The translations under genes were made by a program, and so were the position numbers. Under the pieces are notes generated by a model. The model ran no database searches. It saw only the letters and a list, made by a program, of their open reading frames with translations, and had not been told where the DNA came from. DNA of 64,000 bases from Thermodesulfobium acidiphilum (GTDB lineage Bacteria > Thermodesulfobiota > Thermodesulfobiia > Thermodesulfobiales > Thermodesulfobiaceae), in assembly GCF_003057965.1 (NCBI RefSeq), contig NZ_CP020921.1, forward strand, positions 918,916 to 982,915. The letters are read 5' to 3'. Each line of letters begins with the position of its first letter. Within the stretch, counting starts at the first letter, position 1. Below, piece after piece: positions 9,076 to 18,277 of this stretch.

Positions 9076-9837
9076 CTAATTTTCTTTCTCAACTTCTTTC
9101 ATAATTTCATCAGGAATATCTATATTTGAATATACATTTTGGATATCGTCGTGGTCTTCTAGTTGTTCAAGAAAGCCCAAAACCTTTTTTGCATCTGAAA
9201 CGCTATTAATTTGGACATAAGTTGAAGGTACCATAACCAATTCGCAGCTAGTAATGTTGAATTTATGTTCTTTTAGTTTGCTCTGAACCTGATAAAGGTT
9301 TTCTGGTTCGGTTGTTATTTTGGTCTCCCCATCGCTTTGTTCTACATCATCAATAGAAAGATCTTCTTCAAGAGCTAATTCCATAATTTTTTCTTCATTT
9401 TCGCCTTCAATAATAATCTCGCCTTTTCTTGAAAACATCCATGCAACCGCTCCAGCCTCAGCCATATTCCCACCATATTTAGAAAAAATCTTTCTAATTT
9501 CAGGAGCAGTTCTATTTTTGTTATCAGTAGTTACTTGCATCAACACTGCAATACCTAATGGTCCATATCCTTCATACATAAGTTCTTCATAGTTAGTACC
9601 ATCATTAAGCTCACCAGTACCTTTTTGGATAGCTCTTTTGATATTATCAGAAGGCATATTAACGCTCTTTGCCTTTTCAATTGCTATTCTCAGCCTTGGG
9701 TTAGCTTCAGGATTTCCACCACCAGTTCTTGCGGCAACGGTCAATTCTCTTGCAAGTTTTGTAAAAATCCTTCCCCTTATAGCATCTTCTTTTGACTTCT
9801 TATGCTTAATATTTGCCCATTTAGAATGACCAGAAAT
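9076..9837 (-). CDS. yebC: YebC/PmpR family protein, ATT start
   Basis: In-frame extension of the track ORF gives (I/M)SGHSKWANIKHKK; first codon is ATT behind GGAGGT; YEGYGP, TDNKNRT and DHDDIQNVYSN motifs. Confidence 0.95.
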   Translation of the reverse strand: MSGHSKWANIKHKKSKEDAIRGRIFTKLARELTVAARTGGGNPEANPRLRIAIEKAKSVNMPSDNIKRAIQKGTGELNDGTNYEELMYEGYGPLGIAVLMQVTTDNKNRTAPEIRKIFSKYGGNMAEAGAVAWMFSRKGEIIIEGENEEKIMELALEEDLSIDDVEQSDGETKITTEPENLYQVQSKLKEHKFNITSCELVMVPSTYVQINSVSDAKKVLGFLEQLEDHDDIQNVYSNIDIPDEIMKEVEKEN

Positions 9838-9915
9838 GTTTACACCTCCATAAAATTAAAAAAATTAATAAAATACATAATGAAAGAAAAATTCTAATAA
9901 ATTATAACAAAAATT

Positions 9916-10344
9916 TCAAAGTCCTGTATGACCAAACCCTCTACTGTTTCTTTTTGTTTCATCCAATTTAGAAAAAATAAATTGAGCATCATAAATTCTT
10001 TGAAAAACCATTTGTGCAATTCTATCAAAGGGATTAATAGTAAAAGTCTTATCTCCAAGATTAATTAAAATAACCTTTATTTCTCCTCTATAATCAGAAT
10101 CTATTGTCCCTGGACTATTTAGAACAAATACGCCTTTTAAAGCAAGACCGCTTCTTGATCTTATTTGAGCCTCATATCCTGAAGGGATCTGAATTCTTAT
10201 TCCAGTAGGAATTAATTTTATCTCCCCCTTTAAGAGTTCAACAGGATTGTTAATATATGCCTTTATATCATACCCACTGCTACCTTCAGTTTTTCTTTCT
10301 GGCATACAATTTTCGTTCGCTAATTCAATGCCTACGCTTATCAT
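9916..10344 (-). CDS. dut: dUTP diphosphatase
   Basis: SSGYD, RSRSGLA, GTIDSDYRGE, RIAQ, RGFGHTG. Confidence 0.96.
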   Translation of the reverse strand: MISVGIELANENCMPERKTEGSSGYDIKAYINNPVELLKGEIKLIPTGIRIQIPSGYEAQIRSRSGLALKGVFVLNSPGTIDSDYRGEIKVILINLGDKTFTINPFDRIAQMVFQRIYDAQFIFSKLDETKRNSRGFGHTGL

Positions 10345-11525
10345 TAATTAATCCTTAAAAACACTTTTCTTCCCACTTTCAATCTATGTTCTCCCTTTTT
10401 AACAACAAATTTTTCATCAGTTACAGTTTCCTCATCTATTTCTATTGCGCCCTGAGAAATAAGTCTTTTACCTTCACTTGAACTCTTCAATAGTCCAATA
10501 TCTACCAAAAGTTTCGGCAACCAGGCTTCGTCTTCATTTTTATATGGCCACTGATATACTGGAGCATCTTCAGGAAAAGTTCTTTTCTCGAAAGTAGTTT
10601 CAAATGTCTCTTTAGCTTTTAGTGCTTCTTCCTCAGAAGAGTACATTTTGGTTATTTCAAAAGCAAGAATCTTTTTGATATCCTTTGGATTTTTATATTT
10701 TTCAAAAAAACCAGAAATTTCGTCTTCTCTAAAATCTGTTAGTAAAACAAAATATTGTTTTAAAAGTTCATCTGGTATAGACATCAGTTTTCCAAATATA
10801 TTTTTCGGATCTTCAGCAATGCCTACATAATTTCCAAGACTTTTGCTCATTTTTTGTTTTCCATCAAGACCAGCAATAATTGGCATAGTTAAACATACTT
10901 GGGGTTCCATCCCCATTTTTTCCATCAAGTCTCTTCCTATCAACAAATTAAAGGTTTGATCTGTTCCACCAAGTTCCACATCAGCTTTGATTGCTACAGA
11001 ATCATATGCTTGCAAAAGGGGATATAAAATTTCATGTAAGCTAATTGCTTCATTTGTTTTCAATCTTTGTGAAAACGTCTCCCTTTCAAGAATTCTTGCT
11101 ACAGTAAATTTTGCACTAATTTTAATTAACTCTTCCAAACTAATTTTAGATAACCATTCAGAATTATATTTTATAATAGTCTTTTTTTCATCCAAAATCT
11201 TAAAAGCTTGGGTTTTATAAGTCTGGGCATTCCTTTTTATTTCATCAACACTAAGAGCAGGTCTAGTTTTAGACTTGCCAGTAGGATCCCCTATTAAAGT
11301 TGTAAAATCACCAATAATCAAAATAACAGTATGGCCAAGATCTTGAAAATTTTTTAACTTTCTAAGTACAACCGTATGACCCAGGTGTAAATCTGGTGCT
11401 GTAGGATCTATTCCAAGCTTAATGTTTAACTTTCTACCTGACTTAATCTTTTTTTCAAGATCTTCGAGAGGGATAATCTCTTCTGCTCCTCTTTGGATTA
11501 ATTTAATCGACTCTTCAAAGTTCAA
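10344..11525 (-). CDS. tyrS: Tyrosine--tRNA ligase
   Basis: GIDPTAPDLHLGH, GGTDQ, KMSKS, C-terminal S4 domain; TTG start at 11525 after AAGGAGG. Confidence 0.96.
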   Translation of the reverse strand: MNFEESIKLIQRGAEEIIPLEDLEKKIKSGRKLNIKLGIDPTAPDLHLGHTVVLRKLKNFQDLGHTVILIIGDFTTLIGDPTGKSKTRPALSVDEIKRNAQTYKTQAFKILDEKKTIIKYNSEWLSKISLEELIKISAKFTVARILERETFSQRLKTNEAISLHEILYPLLQAYDSVAIKADVELGGTDQTFNLLIGRDLMEKMGMEPQVCLTMPIIAGLDGKQKMSKSLGNYVGIAEDPKNIFGKLMSIPDELLKQYFVLLTDFREDEISGFFEKYKNPKDIKKILAFEITKMYSSEEEALKAKETFETTFEKRTFPEDAPVYQWPYKNEDEAWLPKLLVDIGLLKSSSEGKRLISQGAIEIDEETVTDEKFVVKKGEHRLKVGRKVFLRIN

Positions 11526-11644
11526 AAAAAACCCTCCTTTCAAAGTTACATAAGGAATGATATCATATACAAGACAGACTTTGAATATCATGTTATAATT
11601 TACTTTCGTTTAAAATTTATAGAAAGAGAAAATGGAGGAATTAT

Positions 11645-11938
11645 ATGCCCGTTACAAAAACTGCAACTAGAGCATTAAGAAAAAGTTTAAGAAAAAAACA
11701 ACATAATCAATCGTTAAAATCTGCTGCAAAAACTATTATTAAAAATTTTGAGAAATTTATTTCAAGTGAAACAGCATCAGAACAAAAAGAAAAAGCCATA
11801 GAGCTATTTAAAAAAGCAGTGAGCTCGGTTGATAAAGTTGCAAAAAGAGGCATTTTTGCTAAAAATAAAGCTGCAAGAAAAAAGTCTCAACTTCAAATAA
11901 AACTTAATAACTTTCTGAATCAGAAAAAAGAGTCCTAA
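11645..11938 (+). CDS. rpsT: 30S ribosomal protein S20
   Basis: Basic 97 aa protein with DKVAKRGIFAKNKAARKKS; canonical position after holA. Confidence 0.95.
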   Translation: MPVTKTATRALRKSLRKKQHNQSLKSAAKTIIKNFEKFISSETASEQKEKAIELFKKAVSSVDKVAKRGIFAKNKAARKKSQLQIKLNNFLNQKKES

Positions 11939-12770
11939 GTATTAATTGCAAAGAATCATCATTTGACAGAAGGCCAGATTTAAGCTGACCTTCTGTTTTT
12001 ATTACTCTTAATAGTACTTTACCGACTTTTTCCGAAGTAATTTTGGCATTAAGAACGTGCTTTAATTGCCAGATTTTACTTGGATCAGGTCGTAAGAGGT
12101 TGTGGTATTTTAAATTAAAATATGCAAAAATTAAATCCCTTTTCAATATCTCAATCAGAACAAAAACTTCATCTGATTTTATATTAAATACAGAAATATC
12201 CTTAACTTTTTCCCCTTCAAAAAATAATTTAGAGATATCCCAGATTTTCTTTGATTCTAAAATATGTAAACCAGAGCCTAAAAATAACTTTAAAAGTTCA
12301 TTTTTGGTCCACTCATAATTTTTTTCATATTTAGCATACATTTCTCTTGCAAGTTTTTTATCAAGTTTAAACTTATATCTACTAAAAAAATTTTCAAGCG
12401 CATTCGCTACAAAATTAAAATCTTCTTTAAAGACTTTTATCCCTCTATTTTCGAGTCCTTTAAGTGTCATCGCGTTTATTTTTTCACAAACAGCAAATAA
12501 CTTTTTATCTTCAGAAGATTTTATTTCGAGAAGTAATTTCGCAATTTCTTTTGTAATTTCAAAAACTTTAAAATACACATATTCTTCTCCAAAAAGCGAT
12601 GTAAGACTAAAACTATTCCTAAGCTCTTCAGGCGTATTTATCTCAGCAACGTTTATGTTTTGGTCTTTAAAAAAGCCATCAAGAAAGTCATGCCATAAAG
12701 AAAGATTTCCTACGAACAAATTTTTTAAGCCAAATTCAATTTTATATTTTTCTTCATTTTTCTTTATCAT
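11904..12770 (-). CDS. holA: Probable divergent DNA polymerase III delta subunit
   Basis: Mainly synteny (leuS-comEA-comEC-X-rpsT) and size; weak motifs SLFGE, NELLKL, QLKSG. Confidence 0.55.
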   Translation of the reverse strand: MIKKNEEKYKIEFGLKNLFVGNLSLWHDFLDGFFKDQNINVAEINTPEELRNSFSLTSLFGEEYVYFKVFEITKEIAKLLLEIKSSEDKKLFAVCEKINAMTLKGLENRGIKVFKEDFNFVANALENFFSRYKFKLDKKLAREMYAKYEKNYEWTKNELLKLFLGSGLHILESKKIWDISKLFFEGEKVKDISVFNIKSDEVFVLIEILKRDLIFAYFNLKYHNLLRPDPSKIWQLKHVLNAKITSEKVGKVLLRVIKTEGQLKSGLLSNDDSLQLILRTLFSDSESY

Positions 12771-12772
12771 TT

Positions 12773-14404
12773 TTACCTCTTTTCATAATTATATATGTTT
12801 GGATAAATTAATCTATAATCACGATAGATTTTAATTACATCCTCATCACAAAGAACGATTATATCTTTAAAAGGTTTAAAAATCTGAGTTCTTGATATAG
12901 AAAAGCTAGTGGTAGGTGCTTTTACAACGCAATTTTCACCTTGTCTAATAAATTCAAATCTTCCTTCGCCAGATTCTATAACTACCCCTTTTTTATCATT
13001 GTAAACCTTTATATCAGTTGTCTTTATAAACAATAATGAGCTGATCAAGAATACTATAAAAATATAAAAAATAACAGAATTATACTTATTAAAAATTACT
13101 AGAGCTAGGATCAAATAATAAAGATATACGCTAAAGAGAGGCATTTTAGCAAATAGAACTGAAGACAGGGGAAAATTTGACCACCCTTTAACAATGTAAA
13201 TTACTAAATCAGTTATATAGGTAATAAAGTAGCCGATGTATTGTGAAAAAAAACCTGAAATTGTCATAAAAAAACTCAATACAAATCCTATAAGTAAAAA
13301 TATTTCTAAAAATGGTGTAATAAATATATTAGTAAATAGCGAAAGAAAGGAAACGTTATTAAAATAATTAACTATAACTGGGAATAGAAATATAAATACA
13401 GAAAACGAAAGCAAAAATAATTCAATCACATAGTTTTTAAAATCAAGTTTTCTTCTTATCTCACCTGCAAAAAACATCGCAAATATGCATAAGAATGTTA
13501 GTTGAAAGCTAATATCAAATAAAGTATAGGGATCAAATATTAGAAATAAAATCATAACCAATAATGTTAAATTAAATGAAGAATAATTGATCCTAAAAAG
13601 TTCAGCTAAAGCGACAAATAAAATTAAACCACCAGCTCTTATAACAGGAGGGTCAAGACCAACGTTTAAACAAAACAAGGATGTAAAAAATGAGATAACA
13701 ATAAATGATAAGATAGGATTGATGGACATCCTCTTCAAGAAGTAAAAAAATAGTGAAAAAATCATTGATACCTGAGCTCCTGAAACAACCAAAATGTGCA
13801 AAAGACCTGTTCGATTAAAAGCATTGTAGACCTCTTTGGGAGGTTGAAAAAGATCATCCCCATATAGCATAGCTCCAAATACTTTCCCTGTTTGATCTGG
13901 CATATTCTTTTTAATAGCGTCTTCAACATATTTTTTGAAGAAAAAGATGTTATTTTCACCTGTTTTTTCGATTTTATTTGCTATTATTAAAGAATTACCA
14001 ATTATTTCACCGTCAAATAAGATATTATCTCCTTGTTGAAAATTTGTTTTTCCTCTGTATATTACCCTTTCAATTTTAGATGAAAAGTATTTTGGACTCT
14101 GTAGAAAAACTTTTAACAAGTTATTTTTTTGATTAATTACAAAAGCTGAAAAGAAGAAACTTTTATAACTAAATTTTGATAAATCCCTACAGTATGAGAT
14201 TGCTAAACCGCTAAACAACAATGCTAGGGAAATTAAAATTATTAGTATATAAAATTTGATTTTTCCAATCTCAAAGGAAATTAAAAAAAGTAGTAGTGAA
14301 GTAAAAAAATATACAAGCAAAGCAAAAATTGAATAATTATAGTATAAAAATATACCGCTACAAAATGATAATGAAGGTAATATTAAAGGATATCTCCAGA
14401 TCAA
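12773..14404 (-). CDS. comEC: ComEC/Rec2 competence membrane protein, no obvious metallo-beta-lactamase domain
   Basis: TGLLHILVVSGAQV, PPVIRAG, DISFQLTF; many TM segments. Confidence 0.9.
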   Translation of the reverse strand: MIWRYPLILPSLSFCSGIFLYYNYSIFALLVYFFTSLLLFLISFEIGKIKFYILIILISLALLFSGLAISYCRDLSKFSYKSFFFSAFVINQKNNLLKVFLQSPKYFSSKIERVIYRGKTNFQQGDNILFDGEIIGNSLIIANKIEKTGENNIFFFKKYVEDAIKKNMPDQTGKVFGAMLYGDDLFQPPKEVYNAFNRTGLLHILVVSGAQVSMIFSLFFYFLKRMSINPILSFIVISFFTSLFCLNVGLDPPVIRAGGLILFVALAELFRINYSSFNLTLLVMILFLIFDPYTLFDISFQLTFLCIFAMFFAGEIRRKLDFKNYVIELFLLSFSVFIFLFPVIVNYFNNVSFLSLFTNIFITPFLEIFLLIGFVLSFFMTISGFFSQYIGYFITYITDLVIYIVKGWSNFPLSSVLFAKMPLFSVYLYYLILALVIFNKYNSVIFYIFIVFLISSLLFIKTTDIKVYNDKKGVVIESGEGRFEFIRQGENCVVKAPTTSFSISRTQIFKPFKDIIVLCDEDVIKIYRDYRLIYPNIYNYEKR

Positions 14405-14982
14405 AAAGTAATAAGCCCTTTCAATCTATTAATTTTTGCGCTTGAAAAGTTTAGTCGTTGTTTAAAGTCTTCAATATCTTTAAACTTTGATTTATTTCTT
14501 TCATCTATTATTTTCTCTGCAGTAACTTTACCTATCCCAGGCAGGGAATCAAGTTCTTCTAAAGACGCCAGGTTAATATTTATCAGTAAGCTTTGGTTAG
14601 AATCAGAACTACTTTTAAAAGGGATCTTTATTGTTTGATTTTGTCTGAGAACTTTATTTAAAGTTAAAGTTGAAGTATCTGCATTATCCAGACAGCCACC
14701 AGCTATTACGATAAGATCTTGAACTTTTGAACCATATGGAACATGATATTTACCAGGATTTTTAACAGCTCCTTTAATCTGAACCAAAATTTCTTTTTCA
14801 GCGATAGAAGAATTAATCTTTACGCTGTTTTTTTTGCTTTTATTATTATATTGATTGTTATTTTCATTCTGTACGTCGCCAAAGGAACTTGAATTATTAT
14901 TTGTTCCCTGACTGAAACCCCAATATGCAACGACAAAAGCTATAAAGATTAGTGAAAATATGATAGATAATTTTTCTCTCAT
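14401..14982 (-). CDS. comEA: ComEA DNA receptor (SLBB + HhH)
   Basis: VQIKGAVKNPG; ININLASLEELDSLPGIGKVTAEKII. Confidence 0.92.
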   Translation of the reverse strand: MREKLSIIFSLIFIAFVVAYWGFSQGTNNNSSSFGDVQNENNNQYNNKSKKNSVKINSSIAEKEILVQIKGAVKNPGKYHVPYGSKVQDLIVIAGGCLDNADTSTLTLNKVLRQNQTIKIPFKSSSDSNQSLLININLASLEELDSLPGIGKVTAEKIIDERNKSKFKDIEDFKQRLNFSSAKINRLKGLITF

Positions 14983-14989
14983 GCAATTT

Positions 14990-17470
14990 TTATTTAACTA
15001 CTATGTTAAAAATTTTGTTTTTCACATAAATTTTTTTCAAAATCTGTTTCCCCTCTATAAATTTTTTTACTCTAAGACTAGACATTACTTTGTCTGTTAT
15101 AGCTTCTTCTTCCAAATCCTTTTCAACCATAATCTTATCTCTTAGCTTCCCATTAACTTGTATCGCAATTGTGCATATATCATCTTCAAGATAATCTGGG
15201 TCTACCTCTGGCCAGCTTTGAAAACATACAAGATCGGTGTGTCCCATTTTTGACCATATTTCTTCAGATATATGTGGCGCAAAAACCGAGAGAATTATAG
15301 TAAACGTTTCAAATATTTTCTTTATTAATTCAGGCCTTAACTTTTTGTTTCTAAGAGAATATGAAAAATCATTAGTAAATTCCATCAATGCTGCTATTGA
15401 AGTATTGAAGTGAAACTTATTTTCTATGTCGTTACCAGCTTTTAAGAGGGTTTTATTTAGTTTTTTGTAAATGTTAACTTCATCTTCAGTAAGGTCGCTT
15501 CCTATTGAAGCTTCTACATTCTTTATTGAATCTAAGTTTTCATTAAAAAGTTTCCATATTCTTGCCAAAAAGCGATGAGCACCTTCTACTCCTTGATCGC
15601 TCCATTCGAGATCTTTTTCGGGTGGTGCTGCAAAGAGAATAAATAACCTGGCCGTATCAGCCCCATACGTTGAAATTATTTCTTCAGGATCAACAATATT
15701 GCCCTTAGATTTAGACATCTTTTCGCCGTCTTTTAAAACCATCCCCTGAGTCAAAAGATTAGAGAAAGGTTCGTCAATATTTAAAAATCCTAAATCTCTC
15801 AAAACTTTTATAAAAAATCTGGAATAAAGAAGATGTAATACAGCGTGCTCTACACCACCAATATATTGATCTACACTCATCCAGAATTTAGCTTTTTCTA
15901 AAGAAAATGGTTCATTATTGTTCTTTGGATCACAAAATCTAAGGTAATACCATGAAGAATCAACAAATGTATCCATAGTATCTGTTTCTCTTCTGGCATC
16001 TGAACCACAAATTGGACACTTTGTCTTTATGAATTCATCAATATTTGACAAAGGAGATCCACCCGTGCCTGTAAATTCTACATTTGTTGGTAAAATAACA
16101 GGCAGGTCTTCTTCTCTCAATGGTACTATTCCACACTTTTCACAATAAATTATTGGAATGGGCGTTCCCCAATACCTTTGCCTTGATATAAGCCAATCCC
16201 TTAACCTTATTTGTTTTGAAAAACTAGCCATTTGTTCTTTTTGAAACATTTCAACAATTTTCTTTTTTGCATCTGAACTTCTTAGGCCTGATATGTGTGG
16301 TGAATTTACAACAATTCCTTCTTCTTCATAAGCCTTATCTTCTTCATAAAATCCATTGCTTTCAGGTTTAATTACATATTTTATAGGCAAATTTTTTTCT
16401 TTAGCAAATTCAAAGTCTCTAGAATCATGAGCTGGAACCCCCATTACTGCTCCGGTACCATAACCCATAAGAACATAATTAGAAGCATAAACCTGTATCT
16501 TTTCATTTGTAAGAGGGTTTATTACCTGGATCCCAAGCGCTACACCTTTTTTTTCAGTCACCCCCACTGTAAATCTATTTTGTACTCTTTCCCTTTCATA
16601 CTCTTTAATGAATTCTTTTAATTCATTGTTATCTTTACTTTCCAAAATACTCTTAACTATTGGGTGTTCAGCTGAAACTACAAGAAACGTAGCACCTCCC
16701 AAGGTATCTGCTCTAGTTGTAAAAACTTCAATAAAATCATCTTTGTATCCTTCAACTTTTTCAGCTAACTTGAATCTTATCATTACACCTTCTGATAGAC
16801 CTATCCAGTTTCTTTGCATAACTTTTACTTTCTGAGGCCAACCGTCTAACATATCGAGATCTCTCGAAAGTTCTTCAGCATAGTTTGTAATCTTAAAAAA
16901 CCACTGCTCTAATTCCTTCAGTTCAACTTCACTTTTACATCTCCAGCATCTTCCCTCTTCAGCCTGTTCATTTGCTAGCACAGTCTTACATTCTGGGCAC
17001 CAATTTACCTTTGATTTGTTCTTATAGACCAAACCCTTTTTATAAAATTGAAGAAATAGCCATTGATTCCATTTATAATAATCTGGAAAACAGGTAGCAA
17101 TTTCTCTATCCCAATCATAACTTATACCCAAAGAATTAAGCTGTCTTTTCATATTTTCGATATTTTTTATGGTCCACTCATATGGGTGTACTCCATATTT
17201 TATGGCTGCATTTTCTGCAGGCATCCCAAATGCATCCCACCCCATTGGATGAAGTACATTATAGGATTTCATTCTATAATAGCGAGCGACCACATCTCCT
17301 ATTGTATAATTTCTAACATGCCCCATATGCAAATTTCCAGATGGATAGGGAAACATTTCTAAAATGTACATTTTTTTGTTCCCTTTTTCGTCATCTGTTT
17401 TAAAAGCCTTTTTTTCTCTCCAAACATTTTGCCACTTTTTTTCTATTGTTTCAAAAGGATATAAGCCCAA
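14990..17470 (-). CDS. leuS: Leucine--tRNA ligase
   Basis: MFPYPSGNLHMGH, DWLISRQRYWG, KMSKSKGN. Confidence 0.98.
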   Translation of the reverse strand: MGLYPFETIEKKWQNVWREKKAFKTDDEKGNKKMYILEMFPYPSGNLHMGHVRNYTIGDVVARYYRMKSYNVLHPMGWDAFGMPAENAAIKYGVHPYEWTIKNIENMKRQLNSLGISYDWDREIATCFPDYYKWNQWLFLQFYKKGLVYKNKSKVNWCPECKTVLANEQAEEGRCWRCKSEVELKELEQWFFKITNYAEELSRDLDMLDGWPQKVKVMQRNWIGLSEGVMIRFKLAEKVEGYKDDFIEVFTTRADTLGGATFLVVSAEHPIVKSILESKDNNELKEFIKEYERERVQNRFTVGVTEKKGVALGIQVINPLTNEKIQVYASNYVLMGYGTGAVMGVPAHDSRDFEFAKEKNLPIKYVIKPESNGFYEEDKAYEEEGIVVNSPHISGLRSSDAKKKIVEMFQKEQMASFSKQIRLRDWLISRQRYWGTPIPIIYCEKCGIVPLREEDLPVILPTNVEFTGTGGSPLSNIDEFIKTKCPICGSDARRETDTMDTFVDSSWYYLRFCDPKNNNEPFSLEKAKFWMSVDQYIGGVEHAVLHLLYSRFFIKVLRDLGFLNIDEPFSNLLTQGMVLKDGEKMSKSKGNIVDPEEIISTYGADTARLFILFAAPPEKDLEWSDQGVEGAHRFLARIWKLFNENLDSIKNVEASIGSDLTEDEVNIYKKLNKTLLKAGNDIENKFHFNTSIAALMEFTNDFSYSLRNKKLRPELIKKIFETFTIILSVFAPHISEEIWSKMGHTDLVCFQSWPEVDPDYLEDDICTIAIQVNGKLRDKIMVEKDLEEEAITDKVMSSLRVKKFIEGKQILKKIYVKNKIFNIVVK

Positions 17471-17699
17471 CTATATTGCCTCCCCAATTTTTAGTATAGT
17501 ATCTGGAATATTATAAACCTAAATCATAATTTTATAAATTTTAGACTTATTTAAATATAATTAAAGTTTTTAGCTAAAATATTTATTAATATATAAAAAA
17601 TTCTTATAAAAAAATTTTGCTAATAGTGCTATTATTTAATTAAAAGCTTAATTTTGTAAGTCTTTTTATTACAAAAATAAATTTTCAAAGGAGGGTAGT

Positions 17700-18161
17700 A
17701 TGAAAATCCTGGTAGGGGTTAACGATTCAAATGACTCCCAAGACGTTGCAAGATGGGCAATTAAATTTGCAAGCCAGGATAAAAATGGAGAGGTTATCTT
17801 AGTCTTTGTAGAAAAGAGAATGCCATTTATCTCTTATGAAGACATTACTGACGAACAACTAATGGCACTAGCACAATTAGACGGAGAAATAATTTTCGAA
17901 AAGTGCTTAAAGGGGTTGGATACTAAGGGTGTTATAATTCATGAAAAAATTGTTTTGGGAGATCCGAGCACTGAAATTTTGAAAATTGCCAAAGAGGAGA
18001 AAGTAGATTTTATTGCTTTGGGCACTAGAGCGCTCTCACCTGTGTGTAAAATGTTTATGTGTTCCGTTTCAGAAAGAGTTATTAAAAAATCCACAATACC
18101 TGTAATAATAAATAGATTTCCATTCGAATCAGAAAAAATTTTGCAAACTGCTAATACCTAA
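17700..18161 (+). CDS. Universal stress protein
   Basis: KILVGVND, GDPSTEIL...DFIALGTR...SVSERVIKKSTIPV. Confidence 0.9.
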   Translation: MKILVGVNDSNDSQDVARWAIKFASQDKNGEVILVFVEKRMPFISYEDITDEQLMALAQLDGEIIFEKCLKGLDTKGVIIHEKIVLGDPSTEILKIAKEEKVDFIALGTRALSPVCKMFMCSVSERVIKKSTIPVIINRFPFESEKILQTANT

Positions 18162-18228
18162 AGGAGGAATAAAATTTAAAAATATGCACTTTTTTCCTAA
18201 AAATCATCTCTTCAACACATGGGTTTCA

Positions 18229-18270
18229 CGCACACCTGGCTTACAATAATAAAGCTGGGTGTGTGATTTT
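18229..18270 (+). terminator. Intrinsic terminator after usp
   Basis: CGCACACCTGGCTT/AAGCTGGGTGTGTG 14-bp stem with G-U pairs, followed by ATTTT. Confidence 0.7.
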
Positions 18271-18277
18271 AAAATAT

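Noticed and set aside
17471-17699. T-box leaders upstream of leuS or tyrS
   Set aside because: Leaders are short or extremely AT-rich with no T-box consensus or terminator visible.
18161-18249. Micro-ORF MHFFPKNHLFNTWVSRTPGLQ after a strong AAGGAGG
   Set aside because: SD-to-ATG spacing is 16 nt and the ORF runs into the terminator stem.
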